A stretch of DNA of 43,364 nucleotides from Octopus sinensis. Taxonomy: Eukaryota. The translations under genes and the position numbers were made by a program. The stretch is taken from positions 1 to 43,364 of the forward strand of contig NW_021834995.1 in assembly GCF_006345805.1 (NCBI RefSeq). Reading direction: 5' to 3'. The notes under the pieces are model-generated. The model ran no database searches, had not been told where the DNA came from, and was given only the letters and a program-made list of their open reading frames with translations. Below, piece by piece: positions 33,670 through 43,364 of the stretch (position 1 is the stretch's first letter; the number at the start of each line of letters is the position of its first letter).

Positions 33670-35461
33670 TGACTATCATGTTTTACTTTCTCCATGTGAC
33701 TGTGATTGGATCATTTTTCTTGACAATTACAACCCAAGAATATTATAATTGTTTAGAAAATCATTACTATCTGGTTCATCCACTCACTCAACTGTCTATG
33801 GTAACTTTGATTGCTAACACTATGTGTTTACCTTCTTTCTCTAGAGGTTTTTGTCACCTGGCAGTGATGTTTCTCATGAAACACATACTTAGAGCAGTCG
33901 ACTAGCACTTACAAAGTCTTGTTGGCTCATATGTAAACTTTGATGCCGTTTAATTTCATTGAATCAATTGACTGAAAACTACTATTTCTCTGAGTCCATT
34001 TAACTGTAAACAGGTACTATGTTGGGTATATTGCTCTCAACAGCAACAGCATGTTATGCATAAGACTTACTAGCCTGCAGTGCAGAATTCAATTGTCTTA
34101 TGAGCTTTGCAGAGGCAGGAAACCATAAAAGCATATTTTAATCCTAAAATTCAGTAGAATATTAGCTACTCTTTGATACTTGATGGTACAATGAAGTTAA
34201 ATTGAAATAAAAAATATTTTCTAAACTATTGACTTTATTACCCATAACATTTTAATGGTCATTTTTAGGTGCATATTTTTCTTAATGCCAGTATGGGTTG
34301 AATTGCTGTTTGTCACTTCACTATCTATTTTGAATATTTGTTATCTCATCTGCAAGACCAAAAATATTAAGATCCAACCTCAGCAATTCATCCCATGTCT
34401 TTCTTGCTTTTCCCTTTCTGCGATTGTTCTCCACTTACATCACATTCGTTGAACATGCACTGTCCATTCATATTGCATATTAATGCCGGTGTAGTGGACT
34501 GTAACTACAAACATTGGTTTATGTCACTAATGCCTAGTCACCCTTGCAGCTCTCTTATACATCCACCACCTTTCATGCATATTAACATTATACACACAAT
34601 GGACTACTGTCACAGCATTTCCTTTCAACCTTTCAGCAGCCTATTTCATTGTATTGCAACTTTACACACAGGTATGTTTTTAAAAAATTCTTTCTTACTA
34701 AACATTTGTATCCTGTATTCGTGGAAAAAATTTGTATTGACTATTTGTTTACAGGCAATATAGTAATTCCTTGCACTGGAACAAGGGCATGAATTTGTTA
34801 GGAGAGAAGGCAGTTAATAATACTGAACTGATAACTATGCTATTGATTCTCCACTCCTCAGCACAGATGAAAATCAAAAATCAATTTCCCTAACAGGATT
34901 TGAACTGAAGTCTATACAGAAAATTATGAACTGTTAGGATATTCAATCCAATAGTTTCATATTTCTACTATTTCACTGTCTTTCATATAAACAAAGTAAG
35001 AAAAAAAAATATTTTTAGAACAAAGTAAAAGGAAATTTCTGGCTGCTATTTATAGTATTGGCAATCAAAGAATTAGTTGGTGCTAGAATAATTTGAACAT
35101 AGAACAATAAAGCACTAATCTAGATACAGGAAAAAATAGACTTTCATTATGGTTTAGTCAGAGACAGAAGGACAGCACTCAATACTTTTGCACTGTCTCC
35201 AAGAGTAGCGGAGGATATGACTCGTCACAAGTTGGTGCTTTTGCAACAGTTAATCAAAATATTAAGTCAAGCTCAAACTGAAGATCTAAGCTTGTTGGCA
35301 ACAAACTGAAGATCTAAGTTTGTTGGCAACAAACCAGAATCTACTAAAAGCAGCTCAAAGTCAAGTGGTATTGTTAATGTGGGTAATGTATTTTGGTCCA
35401 CTGGCCAAGAACAAATACAGTCCATCTCCTTTTTACTCATAAGGTTCTGATCAATCCAAGG

Positions 35462-36050
35462 CTTCTTCTTCTTCTTAGGTCCATTGGTGCCTTTGAGTGG
35501 TACATCGGGCAGTCAGTAATAGCCAATTATCTTCATCTCTGGCCAACCGGTACACTTCTTCCCAGGTGATGTTCAGACTGCATGGTGTAGTACCTTCTTT
35601 GAAGATAATACACCATGTCTTCTTTGACCAGCCTCTTTTTCTCTTATCTTCCAGCAGCATCCAGCCTATGGCTGTTTTGACAAGCCTCTCCTCTGACAGT
35701 CATAGCCATTCTCAATCATTATTTGGTTACAATTATATGCAGGGGCCTCACTCTTGCTGCTTGGAGATGGCTTCATTTGTCACTCTAAGTGATACTAAAG
35801 ATCTTTCTGAGACACTGCTGATGAAATACGTCAAGTTGGAGGGCGATTTTTACTGCCATCTTCCCGGTCTCAGCTGCATAGATTGCTATTGGTAGTATTG
35901 CTGTTTTGTACAAATGAATCTTCAGTTCTACACTTATGTTATTGCTACACCAAAGTGTTGTCAGTCTTCTAAATACTGATGCTGCCTTGCCAATTCTGCA
36001 TCTATTGCTATTTACTGTCTCAGTAATTTCCATAAATGATTTGTAAAGAA
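35462..36050 (-). mobile_element. Old RTE-clade 3' remnant with (AAG)n tail
   Basis: RIGKAASVFRRL..W, KIHLYKTAILPIAIYAAET, LDVFHQQCLRKI, KRKRGWSKKTW; (CTT)5 at 35462-35476. Confidence 0.75.
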
Positions 36051-36414
36051 ACATTATAATACAATATATACACAATGAAGTTCATTATAAATGAATATAA
36101 AGTGAAATGTCACACACACACACACACACAGTGAAAAAGAGAGGGAGAAATATATTAGGTGCATTGCTACATCATCAAAGATTGAATCTTTAGTTGCATT
36201 TGTGTTAAACTCCTACTGATAGCATCTGTTATTTCCTTTCCTGACCTTCTTTTAGCTGCAATTAGGTCTCATATGGTAAAAACAAATTTCTCTCTTTATG
36301 CTAGAATATTAAGAAATTTTTGCAAGTGAGAGATGTATGCAGCCCATCCTGCTAGCAATATCTCTGGATGCGTGTATATACATGTGTGTGTAAAATAAAT
36401 ATATAAATTTTAAC

Positions 36415-36537
36415 AGGAGTGATACCAGAATGGACATGGCCAATCTGAAGGAAGCGACCCAGGACAGAACTGACTGGAGGACACTGATCCAATGAGTGAC
36501 CGAGAGTCGACTTCGACTGAGCGGATAGAGAGAGATC
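36415..36537 (+). mobile_element. 3' terminus of a BovB-like RTE with (GA)n tail
   Basis: Reads LKEATQDRTDWRTLIQ*VTESRLRLSG*, resembling the BovB C-terminus (DR..W...V.GV.KSRTRLSD); hairpin gtcg-actt-cgac. Confidence 0.6.
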
Positions 36538-37179
36538 TTTAATTATGATAAAATTAATTATTATTTTAGCATAAGCACAAAGCTTCAGTTTCTAAAGTAT
36601 GGAAGAATGAGATTGCACCACATACCTGCCTCTAAATGAATTGGTAATGCAGTTGATACAAAATGGTAATAACTAACAATCTAAATTGGTTGTTAATGGT
36701 GTTTCGCCTTAAGTTACAGCTAACTGAACAGAACTATAGTCAAAGCTGTTCTAGCTGTGACCATCCTGTCTAGTATTACATTATGTAACATGTCCTTCAT
36801 TTTTAAAAGTAGCAAGATGTGATTTGAGGGAAATTTCAGTGCTATTTCTAGACTTCCTTGTTTGTTAGTTCCTAATTAGCTCTGATCAAGCAGTCCTATG
36901 GACAAAAACATTCCAACCTTGATCAACCTGAGGAAGAGTTGGCTGTTATTTTAGCAAGTCAAGCAACTGCATAAAAGATTACTGCATTGGTTAAATGGCT
37001 TGGCTCACAAAGAGTATAATTCTAATTTTATGGTACTGGCAGTTCGAAAATTAAGACACTATTTTAACAGGTTTGATATCTAAAAAAAAAGTAACAGCCA
37101 AACAATGCCTTCATGAAATAAAACCAATTATTTCAAATTTTGAAAAATTTATGATAATGATTATGATGATGGTAATCTC

Positions 37180-37510
37180 TGAAAAGATGAAAGGTAAAGT
37201 CAGCCTTGGTAGAATTTGAACTCAGAAAGTAAAGCTGAAAGAAATACTGCTAAGCATTTTGTGGTAAAGATACTGCCAGCTTGCTGCCTTAATAATGATG
37301 ATAATAATGGTTTCAAATTTTGCTACAAGAGCAGCAATTTTGGAGGAGGGGATGAGTCGATTACATCGACCCCAGTGTACAACTGGTATTTATTTTATAA
37401 ATCCTGAAAGGATGAAAGGCAAAGTCAACCTCAGTGGAATTTGAGCTCAGAATGTAGCAACAGGTGAAAAACCACTAAGCATTTTATCCAGCATGCTAAT
37501 GATTCTGATA
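37180..37510 (-). mobile_element. Two adjacent SINE-A copies (about 37180-37289 and 37300-37510)
   Basis: Both carry the gaaaggatgaaagg.aaagtc..cct core and lie in AAT/GAT repeats. Confidence 0.8.
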
Positions 37511-37675
37511 ATAATAATAGAATTAGAATAGAACCATCTTTACAAATACTAATAAAAGCACATGAATTAAGAAAAGAAATTTGAAAGGAGCATCAGAGAG
37601 AGTTTGACTGTATTAATTGAATGCAATGCTAGAAAATAGCTATGAATACACTAATCATCTCAGATAACTTCAACA

Positions 37676-38460
37676 CAGGAGTGGCTGTGTGGTAAGTAGC
37701 TTGCTAACCAACCACATGGTTCCGGGTTCAGTCCCACTGCGTGGCATCTTGGGCAAGTGTCTCCTACTATAGCCCCGGGCCGACCAATGCCTTGTGAGTG
37801 GATTTGGTAGACGGAAACTGAAAGAAGCCTGTCGTATATATGTATATATATATATGTATGTGTGTGTTTGCATGTCTGTGTTTGTCCTCCTAGCATTGCT
37901 TGACAACCGATGCTGGTGTGTTTACGTCCCCGTCACTTAGCGGTTCGGCAAACGAGACCGATAGAATAAGTACTGGGCTTACAAAGAATAAGTCCCGGGG
38001 TCGATTTGCTCAACTAAAGGCGGTGCTCCAGCATGGCCACAGTCAAATGACTGAAACAAATAAAAGAGTAAAAAAAGAGTAAAGAGTAATAATAAACTAG
38101 AAATCAAGTGAATTGAAGAGCTTAGGCAAAACAAAGAAAAGAAGAAAGAAGAAAAAAAAATATTCATAGCTGACATGGATGCAGGCATGTTTGCTTCCCA
38201 GCCACATGATTCCAGATTCAGTCTCACTGTGTGGTACCATGAGTACCTTGGGTGACACCTTGGGCAAGTGTCTTCTACTATAACCCCATGCTGAACAAAG
38301 CCTTGTGAGGGATTTGGTAGATAGAAACTGAAAGAAGCTTGTCATGTGTGAGTGTGTGTGTGTGTGAATTTGTGTTTCTGTTTGTCCCCCCATTAGCACT
38401 TAACAACCAGTGTTGGTTTGTTTACAGCCCTGTTACTTAGTGGTTCAGCAAAAGGGTCTA
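37676..38460 (+). mobile_element. Two CORE-like SINE copies (about 37676-38085 and 38172-38460)
   Basis: The first aligns closely with 31828-32225 and has an (AAAGAGT)n tail; the second is degraded. Confidence 0.85.
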
Positions 38461-38469
38461 ACAAAATGA

Positions 38470-38990
38470 ATACCACTTTCCATACAGAAGGAATGCAGAG
38501 TCAAATACAAATACAAAACTACTACAAAATGACAACAGTGAAACAAAAATTCTTAGACGAAAGCAATAAGAAAACTTAGAATAGAGAAATCCAATAAAAC
38601 CATTTGCTTGTATATAAAGAAACAATACAAAGTGGAAACGACACTGGATGAAAACAGATAAAATAACAAAAAAGTTAGCAAGAAAAAAATAAAAGACAAA
38701 ATTAAAACAGAATTCCAAAATGTACAGAAAAAATGGAAAGAAAAACCATGCCATGACCAATATCTAACAAGACTTAAAGGAGAGAAAGTAAACCAGAATG
38801 AAAGCTAAAAATGGTTCCAAAAAAAGAAGCAATCTGATTTTAGTATTTAGGAGGAATACCTAGCCACAAACAACTACACTAAAATAAAAATGAAAAATAT
38901 GCACATCAAGTGCAGACTATCATATCATTTGCAATTGTCCACTCATTGTCTCATAGTCTCTGAGTATATTCACAGACATGATTGTATTAG
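38470..38990 (+). mobile_element. Highly degraded R4/Dong-clade remnant
   Basis: KWKEKPCHDQYLTRL and EEYLATNNY...KCRL motifs parallel 17270-17470. Confidence 0.55.
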
Positions 38991-39169
38991 CAGCTAAGTC
39001 CACTGGCAATATGCTTACAATTTATACAGAAATTGTATAAACCTGAACTGTAAATATGTCAAATTAAAAACTGTACTGATAATAATTGGAGTACTAAGCA
39101 TGATAAAAAAATATATGAATTTAAATGGGAAAACCATACCATACCAGAGCTTGCAATGTTGTGCAAAAT

Positions 39170-39312
39170 ACAACAGATGCTTAATTTATCAACCCTAAAA
39201 GGATGAAAGGCAAATTCAACCTCCATGAAATTCGAACTCAGAACATTGAATGCTGGAAGAAATGCTGGCAAGCATATTGTCTAACATGATGATTCTGCCA
39301 GCTTGCTGCCAA
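39170..39312 (-). mobile_element. SINE-A 5' portion
   Basis: accctaaaaggatgaaaggcaaattcaacc...ttcgaactcagaa...gattctgccagcttgctgcc. Confidence 0.8.
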
Positions 39313-40705
39313 AATGATGATGATGATAATAGTTTTGTCTTAGTATACAAGATGGGCTACAGCAAATATTCTGCTTAATACCACAGATTTGCTTATCAGT
39401 TGTTTGACCTTAACTAGTCCCTTAGTGGCTGACAATATGTGCATCTCTGATAATGAGCAGAAGTAGTGGGGGAGCATCATAGCCATGTGTTGAAAGGAAT
39501 TTTATGGGGTTTGAATAATTCACCTCTGGAATCATGGGAGTTTTGTTCAACATCCTTAAACAACCCTTATTCATGGACCTTTTGAGCAGAATGGGCTACG
39601 TGACCTGAAGAAAATTCTAATTAGGCTCCACCTGCAAGGTTATGAGCTGTTTATCTTGATTTGAGATCACCATGTCATGCACATATGGTTGTGATGCATG
39701 TGCCTAGTGTACTCTTATCAGACGGGTAGTCATGATGGGTATACTGGGCTTCGTATATTTCACTCCAGTGTCACTTTGAGGGCATGCACTGCTCTCTCAC
39801 TCAATATTAATAATAAACAAATGCCACCAATACCACAACAAAATTTGGCAAATTTTCATTACAAAAATTTACAATTCTCAAATTGTTTTAACTGAAAAGA
39901 ACAAAGGAATCCTTTGGTTGGCTGGCTGCCATTCTAGATGGTTTATATATTTGGGTATTTTATTCTAGTTTTAAAGTTTGAAAAACAAAATCAAAATAAA
40001 AAAAGCAAAACCTACAAAGTGAAATTACAAAACTATGAACAATAAAATAACATAGTTATTTGAAATATTTTTTTTATTAAACAATGTTATTTTATTAAAA
40101 TAACAGCTTGGATGAATAAATAAAAAATTACATCCAAAAATATAAGATTCCATTAGGCGTCAGTCATAACCTTATTGGGCAACTCCAAAGTTGGAAGACA
40201 AGAAAAAATTGTCCTCAAAACACTTGGTTTAAACACTTACAAAAGATTGAATTCAGGCATTAAATCTACAACTTCTGACTAACTTTTTTATCATTATTAG
40301 TATACTTCATTGACACTATCAAGAACTTTGATGTGAGGCACTTTATTAAAATAGTACTTATTACAGCCAATAATATCTGAAGTGTTTCAGTATAATCCTA
40401 ACTATTACAGCTAGCAACAAGTGAGGTATTTTATTATATTATCTACTAGCTGCACCTGTGAAAACTTCATGGAAAACATAAAAAATGTAAGCATCTGTAA
40501 ATTGTGTGCTGGTGCCATGAGAAATGTTTCTTTATTGTGACACAGAATACAGAAAGAAGTGTAAAACTGATAACTATATAGTCCATCCAAAATATCTCAG
40601 TTACGCAAACGTAAACAGAATTAGTATTTAGCTTTAAAATACATAGTACATATTCAAAGAACCTTCTTGGTTTAATGGTAAGGAACATTCTTCTGGTATT
40701 CTTTT

Positions 40706-40942
40706 CTTTTACTTGTTTCAGTCATTTGGTTGTGGCCTGGTGCTTATTCTTTCAGTCTCTTCTCCTGAACAGCTAAGCTGCAGGGATGCAAACACACCAA
40801 CATCGGTTGTCAAGTGATGGGTGTGGGACAACAAACACACACAGATATATACACATATACATATGATATGGGCTTCTCTAAGTTTCCATCTATGAAATCC
40901 ACTCATGAGATTTGTAGGGCTTAGGCTATAGTAGAAGACACT
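40706..40942 (-). mobile_element. CORE-like SINE fragment
   Basis: Reverse complement matches the 31910-32220 body with an internal deletion. Confidence 0.75.
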
Positions 40943-41436
40943 CCTTAAAGTATAGAGTTGAATTTCGTGTAGCCACCTGTTGGCAACTTTTCTCTCCCAT
41001 CCATTTTTCTGAGCTTTTTCACAGTTATACCCCATTCAAAATCTGCATTAGTTTTTGTACGACAAAAAAAAAAGGGAGATAGGGCTTGTTTGTAGTCTGT
41101 AGAGGAAACATTAAACATGCCTAAAAAAAACACGGTCTTTCCCCCCAACTAAAAGACATGAAGAACTATGAAAGAAGGCAAAGAAGTACCGGGGGGTGGG
41201 GGAAAGAAGAGAGAACTAACAGTTGATCATTCTAGAACTCCTGGGATGAAAACGTAAACACCTGAAAGACTTTCTCTGTATTCATTACTAAATGTCTTTC
41301 CTTCTTCATTACTGAAAGTAAAGGTGCTAGAAAAGATCAATCGTATTTCATTCTAATTGTCATTGTAAATGACTGAGGTTTTCCTTTCTCTGCCTCTATC
41401 GCCTCACTCCTTTTCTCTACAGTTAGGAGAGTGAAG

Positions 41437-41746
41437 GTGTGTGGCTCAGTGGTATTTGGCCCACGATCGTAAAGTCATGAGTACAATCCCCAGCAGCGTG
41501 CTATGTTCTTGAGCAAGGTACTCTACTTCACCTTGTTGCAATCCACTCAGCTGGCAAAAATGAGTTGTAGCTGTAATTCAAATGACCCAGCCTTGTCATA
41601 TTCTGTGTGAGGCTGAATCCTCCTGAGAACTACGTTATGGTATGCATGTCTGTGGAGTACTCAGCCACCTGTGCATTAATTTTATGAGCAGACTGTTCCA
41701 TTAATCAAATAAACAAGAACCTCATCATCATAACCAACGGAGTGCC
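41437..41746 (+). mobile_element. SINE sharing its 3' half with SINE-B but with a different head
   Basis: ccagccttgtca...gagaactacgtta...gtctgtggagt.ctcagccac...gagcag.ctgttcc...aacggagtgc is shared with 21020-21185. Confidence 0.65.
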
Positions 41747-41965
41747 ATTTTTTAAAAAGAGTGAAAGGAAAGGAAATGTTTCATATTGTAAGACAAAAAT
41801 GTCATGTGTTTAGTATAAGCAGTGAAAGCTAAGACGAAATAATTGCTATTCCATCGGGATGTGACTTCACCCTGGACTCAGGCTCAGTTTGATATCAACA
41901 ATATGCACATCAGTGTTTACCTGGGGACTTGGCCTCCACATCTGTGAGACCCACAAATGCAACTG

Positions 41966-42186
41966 TTAGGACTGGATTAACACCCCTAGAGACCCTAATG
42001 ACTAAAAAGGGCGGGCGGGCGGGCGGGCGGGCGGGCAGGCAGGCAGGCAGGCAGGTAACATTTCTTTTTGCAATTTCCATATTTTCAATGGCTTTATCAT
42101 ATATTATCGAAAATGAAAAGTTTTCCAGCATTTTCTGTATGAGATGGTCCCATTCTCTTTCATTATTATTCTCTATCCACTCCCTT
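41966..42186 (+). mobile_element. Probable non-autonomous DNA element containing (GGGC)7(AGGC)4
   Basis: Starts aggactggattaac; tetranucleotide tract at 42009-42052; last 73 bp duplicated at 42845-42918. Family unresolved. Confidence 0.35.
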
Positions 42187-43364
42187 CCTTCACTCAATCT
42201 ATCTCTTCCTCTCCCCTCTCTCTCCCCTATGTCTCCTTACATCTAACTGTCCTCCTGTGTTTAACATGTTCTATTTTTCTTACCTCTCAGCACTATCAAT
42301 CTCCTCTCTCTCTCTCTCTCCTTCGTACTTCCTCCTCTTTGCCACTTGCCTCTCACTTCACCTATACTTCCTCTGCTTCTGTCCCTCCTCTCTCTCCTGC
42401 TTTGCCACTCACTTCAACTATACCTCCTCTGCTTATTACTTTTTATTTCTCTTTTTACTTCTTCCTTTGAAGTAAGTGTGATGCACATGACAGGTACATA
42501 CAAAAACAAAAAGTTGGTGTATTAATATTATTGGTTACATCCATTAATATCTGAAGTATTTTATTATAATACTTCTTACGGCCAATTATTAACTAATTTA
42601 ATCTTTAATATTGTTAAGAACTTTGTCTTACTATTAACACACACTAAGCGCGTGCACGGTGTAAGAAGTATTTGAGGACATAATTGGTAATTAAATAAAA
42701 TAACAATAAAACCAAATGTATTTTAATAAGAATTTGAGCACAGGTTCTCAATGAGCTTTCTTATAAGATTATTTATCAACTTTGATGACTGCTTCAAAGG
42801 ACTGGAATCTTTGACATACCAACACTAAATGATCGTTATTTATTTGAAAAGTTTTCCAGCGTTTTCTGTATGAGAATGGTCCCATTCTCTTTCATTATTA
42901 TTCTCTATCCACTCCCTTGTATGAGTGGACAATCGTGACCTTTTGTAAAGCTATGGCATTATGAGGATGTTCATTAGTCCCCCTTTCAACCATGCTCCAA
43001 ATTTAGTGGTCTATAGGATTTAAATCTACTGAGTTTTGTGTCTAACATCCATTCTTAGGTTATATGGGTTTGTGAGGTGCTGAGTCCAGCTAAAATATGT
43101 ATGGCCTTCTATTGCATACTTCATACATACATTCAGGACTTAACATATCCAGCAGCATTAATTCTAAGACCCTGCAGAAACATGTCAGGTCGCATGACAT
43201 GACCTTCATTACTCACACACCTAAAACCAGGACAATTGTAAAAAGATTGCACATAACCATCTGTCATTTCTCCATTTACTCTTTTGGTCTTGGTCAAAAT
43301 CTTTCTCATCAGAGAACTAAAGCATGTCATGTTTGTTAAGGGTTTTAACCTTAAGTAACCACTT

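Noticed and set aside
33192-33674. 8-bp inverted flanks (atagtcat / atgactat) around an RTE 3' fragment
   Set aside because: The right arm overlaps the (GAT)n tail; an 8-bp AT-rich match is expected by chance.
39340-39830. GC-richer island that looks like an interspersed repeat
   Set aside because: Single copy in the window with no diagnostic termini or ORF, so it cannot be supported here.

Overview
AT-rich eukaryotic non-coding DNA (large intron or intergenic), packed with retrotransposons and microsatellites. The repeat repertoire (RTE LINEs with (GAT)n tails, tRNA-derived SINEs sitting in (AAT)n, CORE-like SINEs, R4/Dong fragments) suggests a coleoid cephalopod, probably Octopus; this is an inference from repeat types, not a database hit. 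I cannot support any intact host gene, tRNA/rRNA gene or CRISPR array. Almost every long ORF is a broken LINE ORF or a microsatellite artefact. Contents: a CR1-group LINE remnant; copies or fragments of several RTE families; five R4/Dong fragments; about 20 copies of one SINE; other SINEs; and a Helentron/DINE-1-like element. Most notable is a BovB-like RTE at 25227-28973, bounded by one 13-bp target-site duplication (TSD), whose 5' half is inverted and also circularly permuted (A' B' C). Several other insertions carry templated duplications or fold-backs at their 5' junctions, including a perfect 27-bp hairpin at 31079-31145. Element boundaries were read by eye and are approximate unless exact motifs are quoted.
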